A stretch of DNA of 64,000 nucleotides. Origin: Gemmatimonadales bacterium (GTDB taxonomy: Bacteria > Gemmatimonadota > Gemmatimonadetes > Gemmatimonadales > GWC2-71-9). The DNA is taken from the NCBI GenBank assembly GCA_019637315.1, contig JAHBVU010000011.1, positions 7,242 to 71,241 of the forward strand. Reading direction: 5' to 3'. Shown here piece after piece: positions 27,506 through 36,635 of this stretch. The notes below the pieces were generated by a model that did not search any database, had not been told where the DNA came from, and saw only the letters and a program-made list of their open reading frames with translations. The stretch's first letter is position 1. The number at the start of each line of letters is the position of its first letter. The position numbers and the translations under genes are program-made.

Positions 27506-28482
27506 CAGCGATACAGCACTTTCTTGGCGGCGTCCTGAATCTTGGCGGCATCGACCTTGGCCGCCCGCTCCAGGAACTTGTTGTACGGCATGGGCACGTC
27601 AGCGCCGGTAACCCGCAGGACCGGGGCGTCGAGCGCATCGAAGGCCTCGCGCTGAATCGTGTCGACCACCTGCGCCCCAACGCCTGCAAAGGACCAGCCC
27701 TCCTCGGCGACGACGCAACGATTGGTCTTGGCAACCGAGGTCAGGATCGCTTCGACATCGAGCGGCCGAATCGTCCGCAGGTCGATGACTTCGGCTTCCA
27801 CTCCATCCGCAGCAAGCGCCTCCGCCGCCTTGAGCGACGGGGCCACCGTCTTCGAATGGCAGATGATCGTCACGTCGTTGCCGGCGCGCTTGATGTCTGC
27901 CTTGCCGATCGGGACCACATGATCCTCGTCCGGCACTTCGTCCTTCAGGTTGTAGAGCATCTCGCCTTCGATGAAGACGATCGGGTCGTCGTCGCGAATG
28001 GCGGCCTTGAGCAGACCCTTGGCGTCGGCGGGCGTGGCCGGCGCGATAACCTTGAGCCCCGGGATATGGGCGTACCAGCTCTCGAACGCCTGCGAATGCT
28101 GGGCAGCGAGCTGCAGCGCGGCGCCACCGGGCCCGCGGAACACGATCGGTACCCCGACCTGTCCACCCGACATGTAGCGCATCTTGGCGGCGGAATTGAC
28201 GATCTGGTCGATCGCCAGCAAGGCAAAGTTCCAGGTCATCATTTCGATGACCGGCCGGAGGCCGACCATCGCGGCGCCGACGCCGATGCCGGTAAAGCCC
28301 AATTCGGCAATCGGGGTGTCGACCACCCGCTTGGGGCCGAACTCCTTGAGCAGACCGCGGCTGACTTTGTAGGCGCCGTCGTACTCGGCCACCTCTTCAC
28401 CCATCAGAAAGACGCGGTCGTCGCGCGTCATCTCTTCGCGGAGCGCCTGATTGAGCGCGTCACGATACGTGACCGTAGCCAT
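27505..28482 (-). CDS. pdhB: 2-oxoacid dehydrogenase E1 component beta subunit (pyruvate dehydrogenase-type)
   Basis: 325 aa, transketolase-like pyrimidine-binding and C-terminal domains. 1-nt overlaps with both flanking genes (TGATG). Confidence 0.92.
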   Translation of the reverse strand: MATVTYRDALNQALREEMTRDDRVFLMGEEVAEYDGAYKVSRGLLKEFGPKRVVDTPIAELGFTGIGVGAAMVGLRPVIEMMTWNFALLAIDQIVNSAAKMRYMSGGQVGVPIVFRGPGGAALQLAAQHSQAFESWYAHIPGLKVIAPATPADAKGLLKAAIRDDDPIVFIEGEMLYNLKDEVPDEDHVVPIGKADIKRAGNDVTIICHSKTVAPSLKAAEALAADGVEAEVIDLRTIRPLDVEAILTSVAKTNRCVVAEEGWSFAGVGAQVVDTIQREAFDALDAPVLRVTGADVPMPYNKFLERAAKVDAAKIQDAAKKVLYR

Positions 28483-29528
28483 CAGTTGCTGCCCTCCTCG
28501 CCTGTCGGTGCGTACACGTCGGTGAAGAGCTCCGACGGATCCGGGTCGGGCGATTCTTCCGCGAAGGTGTAGGCGTCGTCGACTTCAGCGGCGACATCGG
28601 CCTCGAGGGCCTGGTGCTGCTCGTCGTTCCAGTACCCGGCGCCTCGCATCACATCGGCCAGCACCTGGATCGGATCGCGGCGCCGGTACTCGTCGACCTC
28701 TTCCTTGGTGCGGTAGGTGCCGTGCGCTGCGTCGGACATCGAGTGGCCGACGTAGCGGTACGTCTTGATTTCGAGCAGGGTCGGCTTCGACTCCGCCCGC
28801 GCCCGATTCACGGCGGCCTCGACCGCCGCACGCACCGTAAGCACGTCCTGCCCATCGACCGTTTCCGCCGGCATGTCGTATGAGGTGCCGCGGTCCGAGA
28901 GGCTCGTTACCGCTGCGGCGCGCGAGACGGCGGTGCCCATGCCGTAGCCATTATTCTCGACGATGAAAATGGCGGGCAGCCCCCAGAGTGACGCCATGTT
29001 GAGCGTCTCGTGGAAGGCGCCGATGTTGACTGCTGCCTCACCGAAGAAGCAGACACAAACCTGATCGCCGCCGCGGTACTTGTGGGCGAACGCGACGCCC
29101 GCAGCGAGCGGAATGTGGCTGCCCACGATGCCGTGGCCGCCCAGGAATCCGAGCGAGGCATCGAACAGGTGCATCGAGCCGCCCTTGCCCGACGAACATC
29201 CGGTCGCCTTGCCGAACAGCTCGGCCATCACGGCCCGGCTCGTCATGCCGCGAGCGAGGGCGTGGCCGTGTTCACGATAGGCGCTGATGATGTGATCGTC
29301 GGGGCGCAGGGCGGCCATGGTGCCGACGGCCACCGCTTCCTGGCCGATGTAGAGGTGACAGAACCCGCCGATCTTGCCCATCGAGTAGGCCTCGCCGGCG
29401 CGCTCCTCGAACCGGCGGATCAGGAGCATTTGCCGCAGGAAGGAGCGATGGAGGGCTTGGGTGGCCTCGTCCGGCGGCTTTTGAACCGGCGGCTTGGCAC
29501 TCGACGTCTTCTTGGTCGTTGTCGTCAT
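28482..29528 (-). CDS. pdhA: 2-oxoacid dehydrogenase E1 component alpha subunit (TPP-binding, pyruvate dehydrogenase-type)
   Basis: The start is taken at the ATG at 29528 ([10 protein letters not shown]...), immediately after the lipA stop. A TPP motif ([19 protein letters not shown]…N) is present. The 84-codon N-terminal extension in the ORF track overlaps lipA and is rejected. Confidence 0.9.
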   Translation of the reverse strand: MTTTTKKTSSAKPPVQKPPDEATQALHRSFLRQMLLIRRFEERAGEAYSMGKIGGFCHLYIGQEAVAVGTMAALRPDDHIISAYREHGHALARGMTSRAVMAELFGKATGCSSGKGGSMHLFDASLGFLGGHGIVGSHIPLAAGVAFAHKYRGGDQVCVCFFGEAAVNIGAFHETLNMASLWGLPAIFIVENNGYGMGTAVSRAAAVTSLSDRGTSYDMPAETVDGQDVLTVRAAVEAAVNRARAESKPTLLEIKTYRYVGHSMSDAAHGTYRTKEEVDEYRRRDPIQVLADVMRGAGYWNDEQHQALEADVAAEVDDAYTFAEESPDPDPSELFTDVYAPTGEEGSN

Positions 29529-30490
29529 GAGTTCGCTTTGGAAGCCTTGGCCTGGTCGACTTGCTCCCAGGCGTGATAGCTGGATCGGGTGAGGGGGCTG
29601 GCTTCCACGTGATCGAAGCCCATCTCCATCCCGATGACCTTGAGTTCGGCAAACTCCTCGGGGGTGTAGTACCGAGCAATCGGCAGGTGGCCGTCCGAGG
29701 GCCGAAGGTACTGGCCGAGGGTAAGAATGTTCACGTCCGAACGCCGCAGATCCCGCATCGCGTGCAGCAGTTCGTCCCACTCTTCACCGAGGCCCAAAAT
29801 GATGCCGGACTTGGTGAGTCCGTCGGGCACCAGCTTGCGGGCATTCGCGAGCACTTGCAGGGCGCGCGGATAGCGTCCGCCCGGTCGGGCCAAGCGGTAG
29901 AGTCGCTCGACCGTTTCAAGATTGTGGTTGAGAATGTCTGGCCGGGCCTCCATCACGATGGCCAGTGCCTTTTCCGATCCCTTGAAATCCGGAATCAGCA
30001 CTTCGACCGAGGTCTGCGGCAGGCGCTTTTTGATCTCGGTAATACACCCGGCAAACGCCTCGGCGCCCCCATTCTCGAGGTCGTCGCGGTCGACCGAGGT
30101 AATCACCACATGCTGCAATTCCATCTGCGCCACGGCGTCGGCCAACCGGATCGGCTCGACCGGGTCGTAGGGTGCCGGGGTACCGTGGGCCACCGCGCAA
30201 TAGGCGCAGTTGCGGGTGCAGACGTCGCCCAGGATCATGAAGGTGGCGGCTTTGTGTTCCCAGCATTCGCCGATGTTGGGGCAGCGGGCCTCCTCGCACA
30301 CGGTATGCAGGCCCAGGTCCCGCATCAACTTCTTGATCTTGATATAGTTACCGCCCCCCGGGGCTTTGACCTTGAGCCAGGAGGGCTTGCGCTCGAGGGG
30401 AGCCTCTGCGACCGCGAGCGGGCGCCCGGCTTCCGGAGCGGCGGGGGAACGGGTCAGTTGCACCAGCGGCAGCGCCAACGTGATCTCCAA
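29525..30490 (-). CDS. lipA: lipoyl synthase (radical SAM)
   Basis: CPNIGECW plus CTRNCAYC (auxiliary and radical-SAM cluster Cys motifs). 321 aa. Confidence 0.93.
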   Translation of the reverse strand: MEITLALPLVQLTRSPAAPEAGRPLAVAEAPLERKPSWLKVKAPGGGNYIKIKKLMRDLGLHTVCEEARCPNIGECWEHKAATFMILGDVCTRNCAYCAVAHGTPAPYDPVEPIRLADAVAQMELQHVVITSVDRDDLENGGAEAFAGCITEIKKRLPQTSVEVLIPDFKGSEKALAIVMEARPDILNHNLETVERLYRLARPGGRYPRALQVLANARKLVPDGLTKSGIILGLGEEWDELLHAMRDLRRSDVNILTLGQYLRPSDGHLPIARYYTPEEFAELKVIGMEMGFDHVEASPLTRSSYHAWEQVDQAKASKANS

Positions 30491-30646
30491 TGCTGAGAGC
30501 GGAATCCAACCCAGAAGAATAGTCGCGAAACGGCACGGCGAGAAGCGGCGGCGGGGTATGGTCTAACCTGTTGCCTGAGGCCAGTTTGCAGGTCCGGATT
30601 CTTGCCCCTGGTGCCGGCTGCCAAGGGGCGATATTCATTTCCTTCT

Positions 30647-31204
30647 GTGACCACATTCTACTTCGTCTGCGTGGGTATCGGCGGCGCCCTCCTGCTGCTC
30701 CAGACCGGGCTGAGCATTTTCGGGCACAACCATGACGGCGGGCATCACGATCTCGGCGGCGACGGCGGCCTGGACCTGTTCAGCGTCCGCACCCTCGCGG
30801 CGGGCGCGGCGTTCTTCGGGATCGGCGGCTTGGCCGGGCAGTGGCTGGGCCTGGGCAGCCTTCTCTCGCTGCCGATCGGCGTCGTGGCCGGGTTCGGATC
30901 GATGCTTGGCGTAGCGCATGCCACGCGGGTGCTCCGTCGGCTCGACAGCGACCGGAGCGCGCACGTCGCCATGGCCATCGGTGAGGCCGGGTTCGTCTAC
31001 CTCACTGTGCCGGGCCAGCGCGCGTCGGCCGGCAAAGTGCACGTGACGCTCAACGGTCGACTGGCCGAGCTCAACGCAGTTACCGACGGAGCGACGCTTG
31101 CCACGGGTTCAGCCGTTCGCGTAGTGGATATCGTAGACGACGAGACGATCGTGGTCGCGTCCGACTCGGTTGCCGATACCGGCAGCCATTCCCGTTTGCC
31201 CTGA
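30647..31204 (+). CDS. NfeD-like membrane protein (TM helices plus C-terminal OB-fold), partner of the downstream flotillin
   Basis: Hydrophobic N-terminal two thirds, then a C-terminal beta-rich segment (GKVHVTLNGRLAELNAVTDGATLATGSAVRVVDIVDDETIVV) resembling the NfeD OB-fold. A GTG start at 30647 is proposed; start uncertain. Confidence 0.55.
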   Translation: MTTFYFVCVGIGGALLLLQTGLSIFGHNHDGGHHDLGGDGGLDLFSVRTLAAGAAFFGIGGLAGQWLGLGSLLSLPIGVVAGFGSMLGVAHATRVLRRLDSDRSAHVAMAIGEAGFVYLTVPGQRASAGKVHVTLNGRLAELNAVTDGATLATGSAVRVVDIVDDETIVVASDSVADTGSHSRLP

Positions 31205-31211
31205 GGCCCCG

Positions 31212-32789
31212 ATGTTAGACCTTCCGCTCTGGTCGATCCTGGCCGTTCTCTTCGGTTCGGCGCTGATCGTCGGTTTCGTGTCGATGGTGGTCAAACGGTA
31301 CAAGCGCTGCCCCGCCAATCGGGTGCTGGTCATTTCCGGGAGAGTCGGCGGTGACGGCGTGGCGCGGTGCATCTCGGGCGGCGGTGCCTTCATCTGGCCG
31401 GTGATCCAGGAGTACGCCTACCTGAGTCTCGAGCCGATCCAGATCGAGATTCCGCTTCGCGATGCCCTGTCGCTCGAGAACATCCGAGTGGCGGTGCCCA
31501 GCGTTTTCACGGTTGCCATCGGGACGGAGTCGGAGGTGCGCCAGAACGCCGCCATCCGGTTGCTCGGCCTGCCTCACGATCAAATCAAGCGCCAGGCCCA
31601 GGACATCATCTTCGGGCAGATGCGGCAGGTGATTGCGTCGATGGGGATCGAAGAGATCAATCGCGATCGGGACGGATTCCTGCACAAGGTTCAGAAGTCG
31701 CTCGAGCCGGAGCTCAAGAAGATCGGCCTGGTGCTGATCAACGTGAACATCACCGACTTGAAGGATGATTCCGGCTACATCGAGGCCATCGGCAAAAAGG
31801 CAGCAGCGCAAGCCGTGCAGCAGGCCCGCGGCGACGTGGCCGAGCAGGAGAAGCTCGGCGAGGTGCGTGTGGCCGATGCCGAGCGCGAGCGGACCGTTCA
31901 GGTGGCCAGTGCCTCCAAGCTCAAGGAAATCGGCACCCGCGAGGCCGAGCGGGACACCGCAGTGCGGGTTGCCGAGCTCGCGAAGGAGCAGACGGTAGCT
32001 GAGCAACGCGCGGTGTTCGCGCGGGATGCGCAGGTCAAGGATGCGGAGCGAGAGCGGCGCGTGGCCATTGCCGCAGCCGAGGCCACAGCGATCGCGGGCG
32101 AGGTCGAGTCGCAGACCATGATCGTGGCCAGCCAGGCGCAGTTGCAGCTGCGCCAGGCCGAGGCGTACCAGCTCACCGAGATCAAGAAGCGCGAGGCCGA
32201 GGCGCTGGTCCGCGAGGCGCAGAACCGGGCGCTGGCCAAAGCCGCGATAGCTGAGGCAGAGCGAGTCGAAGCCGAGCGACGCGCGGCGCTGGAGGCGCCG
32301 GCCAAAGCCGAGAAGGCTCAAGTCATCGTCGAGGCGGAGGCGGCTGCTGAGCGGCGCAAGCTCGAGGCCGCCGCAGAAGCCCAGGCCATCTACATGAAGC
32401 TCGAGGCCGAGGCGCGTGGCCAGTATGAGATCCTGGCCAAGAAGGCGGCGGCCCTCAAGGAAATCGTCGCGGCCTGCGGGGGTGCCAAGGAAGCGTATCA
32501 GCTGATGATGCTCGAGCACCTCGACACCCTGGCGGAAACCTCGGCCAAGGCGATTTCCAACATTAAGTTCGACAAGGTGGTGGTGTGGGAAGGCGGGGCC
32601 GGGGCCGGTTCGGGTGGCGCGGCCAACTTTCTGCAGAGCATGGTGCGTACCTTGCCGCCGATGATGCAGGTGATGCGGGACATCGGCGGGGTCGAGCTGC
32701 CCGGCTTCATGGGCAAGCAGGAGGCCGATCCGGCTGGCAATGGCCCGCCGGGGCAGGCGGTGGTTCCGGTCGAACGCCCGGCGGAGTAG
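31212..32789 (+). CDS. flotillin-like SPFH/Band-7 protein (YqiK/FloA-type) with a long Ala/Glu-rich coiled coil
   Basis: N-terminal TM helix, an SPFH domain (…VISGRVGGDG…IWPVIQEYAYLSLEPIQIEIPLRDALS…), then a ~250-aa EA-repeat coiled coil. The start is taken at the ATG at 31212, 8 nt after the NfeD stop. Confidence 0.85.
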   Translation: MLDLPLWSILAVLFGSALIVGFVSMVVKRYKRCPANRVLVISGRVGGDGVARCISGGGAFIWPVIQEYAYLSLEPIQIEIPLRDALSLENIRVAVPSVFTVAIGTESEVRQNAAIRLLGLPHDQIKRQAQDIIFGQMRQVIASMGIEEINRDRDGFLHKVQKSLEPELKKIGLVLINVNITDLKDDSGYIEAIGKKAAAQAVQQARGDVAEQEKLGEVRVADAERERTVQVASASKLKEIGTREAERDTAVRVAELAKEQTVAEQRAVFARDAQVKDAERERRVAIAAAEATAIAGEVESQTMIVASQAQLQLRQAEAYQLTEIKKREAEALVREAQNRALAKAAIAEAERVEAERRAALEAPAKAEKAQVIVEAEAAAERRKLEAAAEAQAIYMKLEAEARGQYEILAKKAAALKEIVAACGGAKEAYQLMMLEHLDTLAETSAKAISNIKFDKVVVWEGGAGAGSGGAANFLQSMVRTLPPMMQVMRDIGGVELPGFMGKQEADPAGNGPPGQAVVPVERPAE

Positions 32790-32853
32790 CTCTGGACAGA
32801 GCTGCGCAGCAGAGGTACCGTATTAGGGTCCTGACAATCCGATCGACGATCCC

Positions 32854-33537
32854 ATGCGCAGCCTGTCTGTTGCAACGGTTCTGGTGGTTGGCCTGGCTTC
32901 GGCGGCCAGTGGCCAATCCGTTCGGGCGTCCAACCAGACGGTGACCACCCGCCTGGAACAGAGCCACGGCGGGTCACTCGAACAGGTGATCTACGTTTCG
33001 AACCGCTCCTCCGAGAACATCCTGCTCACCAGCATCCGCCTGATGGACTGCGAAAATGTTCAGGGGAGTTGTGCGTCGCGTCGGTTCAAGACCAAGGTGT
33101 CGGCAGGCTCGACCGCGCTGGTTCACCGGGTGCGCCCACGCGACCCCGACCGGGGTATGTCGTTCCGGTACACCTTCACCTGGGAGCCTGAGGCGCCTGA
33201 GGGACCGTCCGCGAAGGATGTCGCGCGCGACGAAACGGCGCTCGAGGTCGACACGGTGCTCGTGTCACCCAAGGTGATCGATATCAAGGTTGGGGAAACC
33301 CTCGACTTGGGGCAGCTCCTTTCGATCCGGGCGCAGAACGCTGCTGGGCAGCCGCTACCGCGAGTCTTTTTCTACCCCAAGTTGGAGCTGGGTGAAGCGT
33401 TTCTCCTGCTCGAGAACTCCAAGATCACCGGCCTCGCGGTTGGTACTGCCGCTTTGACGATCGGTGCCAGCTCGGCCCCGAATCCCGTGGCGCCAAGGAA
33501 GGGAGCGTCGCAAGTCCTGATCAACGTCATCCCCTGA
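32854..33537 (+). CDS. secreted hypothetical protein with a C-terminal Big_2-like (bacterial Ig-like) segment
   Basis: Signal peptide MRSLSVATVLVVGLASAASGQ. The C-terminal …VIDIKVGETLDLGQLLSIRAQNAAGQPLP…ITGLAVGTAALTIGA resembles a Big_2 fold. Confidence 0.45.
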   Translation: MRSLSVATVLVVGLASAASGQSVRASNQTVTTRLEQSHGGSLEQVIYVSNRSSENILLTSIRLMDCENVQGSCASRRFKTKVSAGSTALVHRVRPRDPDRGMSFRYTFTWEPEAPEGPSAKDVARDETALEVDTVLVSPKVIDIKVGETLDLGQLLSIRAQNAAGQPLPRVFFYPKLELGEAFLLLENSKITGLAVGTAALTIGASSAPNPVAPRKGASQVLINVIP

Positions 33538-33555
33538 CCGGACTGACGCTCAGCC

Positions 33556-34392
33556 CTATTCAGGGAGCTCGGTGTAGCGCTCTCCAGCAGACACGCGGGC
33601 CGGTACCGTGTTGCCGCGAACCGGTGCGGGGCAGGGCAGGACGGGGTTGTAGGCGCAGTACGGATTGCGGCTTCGATTGAAGTCGAGCAGGAACCGACCG
33701 TTCGCCAGAGGTTGCAGGGTGACGAAACGCCCCGCCGGGTAGCTGCCCTGACCTGCTGTGGCATCTCGGAAATAGATCACCAGCTCCGCTGGCAGGTCCG
33801 CCCTCCGGGCGGGGGTTTCGACCACGAGGAGTGTTACTGACGAGCCTCCTGCGCGAATCGTAACCGACCCGGCACGGCGAGCCTCGATCTCGATGCCGTC
33901 GAGCGCCAGCATTCGCATCACGCCGCCTTGTCCCGACCGTTCCAGGCTGACCTCGTGCCGCCAGGAGGAGTTGTAGGGGAAGTAGGTCGGCGGAGCAGCC
34001 GAAGGTGCTTCGGTTCGGTAAACCGTCACCGTGGTTCGGGTTGGCGGGCCGGCCGCCACGACCTGGTAGCTGCCCAGGGGTGCGGCACGGTCTCGGACCA
34101 GCGGATGTGAGGTACCGTCGACAGTCAGGACAACGCTGCCGTTGCGTTCCGTCATCACTCCGAGGGGTGTGTCGGCCAAGGGTACGTCGGCGTCTGCCGG
34201 GCCCAGCGTCAGCCGGCGGCCCACCGGGTGGTGCGCGACGGCGCGGCGCGGTGAAGTCGCGGCGTCCGCCAGCCATGCCGTAAAGGCGCGACGCTCGGCC
34301 TCAAGGTCGGCAGGGACGGTTGTCTGGGCAACGGCGGGACTTGTCATCATTCCGAGCAACAGCGACTGCGCCAGCCGGTGTCGTGCCAGCAT
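33556..34392 (-). CDS. DUF1684 domain protein
   Basis: Characteristic C-terminal motif …FNRSRNPYCAYNPVLPCPAPVRGNTVPARVSAGERY. Signal-peptide-like N-terminus. Its start is 5 nt after the thiO-like stop. Confidence 0.7.
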   Translation of the reverse strand: MLARHRLAQSLLLGMMTSPAVAQTTVPADLEAERRAFTAWLADAATSPRRAVAHHPVGRRLTLGPADADVPLADTPLGVMTERNGSVVLTVDGTSHPLVRDRAAPLGSYQVVAAGPPTRTTVTVYRTEAPSAAPPTYFPYNSSWRHEVSLERSGQGGVMRMLALDGIEIEARRAGSVTIRAGGSSVTLLVVETPARRADLPAELVIYFRDATAGQGSYPAGRFVTLQPLANGRFLLDFNRSRNPYCAYNPVLPCPAPVRGNTVPARVSAGERYTELPE

Positions 34393-34397
34393 GCCTG

Positions 34398-35504
34398 CTA
34401 CCAGCTCCAGAACCGCCCGGGGCTGAGCGCCCGGACGCCGTCGAAGGTGGCCTCACGCGCCATCAGGTGTGTCAGCGCAATGCCAGTGATTCCGGCGAAC
34501 AGAATGCCGTTCCGGCCGTAGCCGGTGGCGTACCACAGATTGGGCGCTTCGGGTTCGGCGCCGAAAATCGGCAGGCCGTCCGGGGTGCCGGGTCGCAGGC
34601 CGGCCCACCGGCGGGTTACCGGCGCCGACCCCAGGACCGGGATCAACTCGTCGGCAATGCCCGCGACCTCCTGTTCGCCGCTCGCGGTTGTTTCGACCGT
34701 GAACCCCGCGTGTTCCACGGTCGCTCCGCAGAGCGCCTCGCCGGCGCGTTCGAGTACGTAGCCGTGCGCACCGTAGACGATGGCAGGAGGAATGTGCTTC
34801 GGCCACGGCTTGGCGATCATCTGGCCCCGAACCGGCTCGACCGACACCGGCCGCGGCAGACCGCTCAGGCGCCCGGTCCAGGCGCCGGCGGCCAGAACGA
34901 CCTCCCCGGCAGCGTAGCTGGCGTGTTCGCTTTCGACACCGGTAATCCGGCCGCCTTGCCGCACTAATGACGTGATTGTGTCAGTAACGAACCGTGTGCC
35001 CGACCGGATGGCGCTGGCTCGGAGTGCTTCGACCAGTCGGACCGGATCGACGGCGCCGTCCTGGGGTGCCCAGAGCGCGCCCCGGTTGCGACCAACCCAG
35101 GGAAACTCGCTGCGCACTTCGTCCGGGTCGAGCCAGTCGGCTCGCTGGCCGTGCTGGCGCTGCCAGGCCACCGCTGAACGGAGCAGCGAGTCATCGGCCT
35201 CCGTCACCGCCAGGCGAAGGATCCCGCTTTCGACCAAGCCGATGTTGATGCCAGTCTCGTCTGCCAGCTCGGCGGCACGGTCCCGATAGTACTCGCGCCC
35301 GGCCACGCCCAGCTCGAACAGTGGGGTGTCTTCGCGGGTCTCGATCTGGGGTGCCAGCATGCCGGCCGAGGCGCGCCAGGCTTCGCCGGGCTTGGAGCCG
35401 GGGTCGATCAGGAGGACACGACGACCGACGCGGGACAGCTCCCGAGCCGCTGCGGCGCCGACCGGGCCGGCACCCACAATCACAACATCATGAGAATTAG
35501 TCAC
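34398..35504 (-). CDS. FAD-dependent oxidoreductase of the DAO family (glycine oxidase ThiO-like)
   Basis: The N-terminal VVIVGAGPVGAAAAREL dinucleotide fold and overall DAO-domain collinearity. Glycine-oxidase specificity cannot be established. Confidence 0.8.
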   Translation of the reverse strand: MTNSHDVVIVGAGPVGAAAARELSRVGRRVLLIDPGSKPGEAWRASAGMLAPQIETREDTPLFELGVAGREYYRDRAAELADETGINIGLVESGILRLAVTEADDSLLRSAVAWQRQHGQRADWLDPDEVRSEFPWVGRNRGALWAPQDGAVDPVRLVEALRASAIRSGTRFVTDTITSLVRQGGRITGVESEHASYAAGEVVLAAGAWTGRLSGLPRPVSVEPVRGQMIAKPWPKHIPPAIVYGAHGYVLERAGEALCGATVEHAGFTVETTASGEQEVAGIADELIPVLGSAPVTRRWAGLRPGTPDGLPIFGAEPEAPNLWYATGYGRNGILFAGITGIALTHLMAREATFDGVRALSPGRFWSW

Positions 35505-35584
35505 TTAGGATCCGGACGAAACTTTCTGAAACGTCCCGCGTACAGTAGATTCCTGATGTCATTCTTCGCTGGAGGAAAGGTACC

Positions 35585-35809
35585 ATGGTCCGAGGTCTCG
35601 TAGGTTTCGCTGGGGTTTTCGTCCTGTTCCTGGTCGGGATGAAGGTCATCGGCTTCCTGATTGGAGGCGCGATCGGGCTGATCCTCAACCTGCTGTGGTT
35701 TGCCTTCCTGGGCTGGCTGATCTACCTGGTGATCAAGGTGGTGAGCCCCTCAACGGCGCAGAATATTCGCGAGACGATTCGCGGACGCTCGAGTTCGAGC
35801 GAAGTCTAG
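35585..35809 (+). CDS. small hydrophobic membrane protein (74 aa, 2 TM helices)
   Basis: The ORF is strongly hydrophobic and helical (VFVLFLVGMKVIGFLIGGAIGLILNLLWFAFLGWLIYLVI), followed 21 nt later by a perfect 13-bp hairpin. Confidence 0.45.
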   Translation: MVRGLVGFAGVFVLFLVGMKVIGFLIGGAIGLILNLLWFAFLGWLIYLVIKVVSPSTAQNIRETIRGRSSSSEV

Positions 35810-35830
35810 CCCGACCGGCAGGACAGCAAC

Positions 35831-35863
35831 GAGCCCGGATCGTTCATCTGACGATCCGGGCTC
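35831..35863. terminator. perfect 13-bp hairpin (gagcccggatcgt-tcatctg-acgatccgggctc) followed by GGTTGTAT; bidirectional terminator between the small membrane protein gene and the DUF3108 gene
   Basis: Inverted repeat read from the DNA, sitting between convergent stops (35809 + and 35895 -). Confidence 0.5.
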
Positions 35864-35894
35864 GGTTGTATCCGCTCCTGGGGGCGGTCGTAAC

Positions 35895-36635
35895 CTAGTC
35901 GGCGTTGGCGCTTTCGATTCGGGACAGCCGAAGCGTGACCGAACCAAACGCCATCTTGGAGCGGATCTGCACCGGGATCCGGTCGGCGTCGTCGGTAATC
36001 CAGAGGCGGGCATCGGCGCGATCGGCAAACATGCCGCGGTCATCGATGACCGGATTCAAGACCCAGCAGACGACCTTGCGTCCATCCGGCAGGGTCATCT
36101 CTTCCTTCTTGAGCACCCGAATCAATAGCGGGTTCTTGTCGTTCATGAAGTACTTGTCGAACCGGTAGCTCTTGCCCACCTCGAATTCGGCGGTCCGGAC
36201 GAAATACAGGAACGATGCATCGTCCAGAGGATGACTTGGCGTTGCTTCTTTGTTGTCGCGGCCGCGCTGCCGGAAGAAGCCTGAATCCGGATAGATGTCA
36301 TAGTCGCGGATCCGGTTCCGATCGTTTTCCGTGTTGTCGTTGCGGAAGCGGAGCGATTTGAAATCACGCACGGTCGTCCACGACTCCAGCACGGACTTCA
36401 GCCTGAACACAAAGTTTCCGCCCTCGAGCTGAAAGCGAAACCGGAAGGTTTCCTCGCCGCGAACCGTGTCCATGCCGGCAACGTGGATGGAGCCTTCGCC
36501 GAGCTTGAGCATGCCCATACGGGCGTCATAGACGAAACGCTCACCGACCTTGAACGGATACCGGGCCGCAGCCGAGCTGTCCGGCGGCGGGGCCGCCGCG
36601 AGCAGAACGGCAAGTGAGACGACGGTTGGCATCAT
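35895..36635 (-). CDS. DUF3108 domain protein (secreted, signal peptide MMPTVVSLAVLLAAA)
   Basis: The start is taken at the ATG ATG pair at 36635/36632, which overlaps the GT2 stop (ATGA). Beta-rich domain with a …YRFDKYFMNDKNPLLIRVL… pattern typical of DUF3108. The Arg-rich N-terminal extension in the ORF track is rejected. Confidence 0.6.
   Translation of the reverse strand: MMPTVVSLAVLLAAAPPPDSSAAARYPFKVGERFVYDARMGMLKLGEGSIHVAGMDTVRGEETFRFRFQLEGGNFVFRLKSVLESWTTVRDFKSLRFRNDNTENDRNRIRDYDIYPDSGFFRQRGRDNKEATPSHPLDDASFLYFVRTAEFEVGKSYRFDKYFMNDKNPLLIRVLKKEEMTLPDGRKVVCWVLNPVIDDRGMFADRADARLWITDDADRIPVQIRSKMAFGSVTLRLSRIESANAD

Noticed and set aside
28482-29780. 84-codon N-terminal extension of E1alpha in the ORF track
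   Set aside because: It overlaps lipA and is Arg/Gly/Pro-rich nonsense. The ATG at 29528 (MTTTTKK…) sits immediately after the lipA stop.
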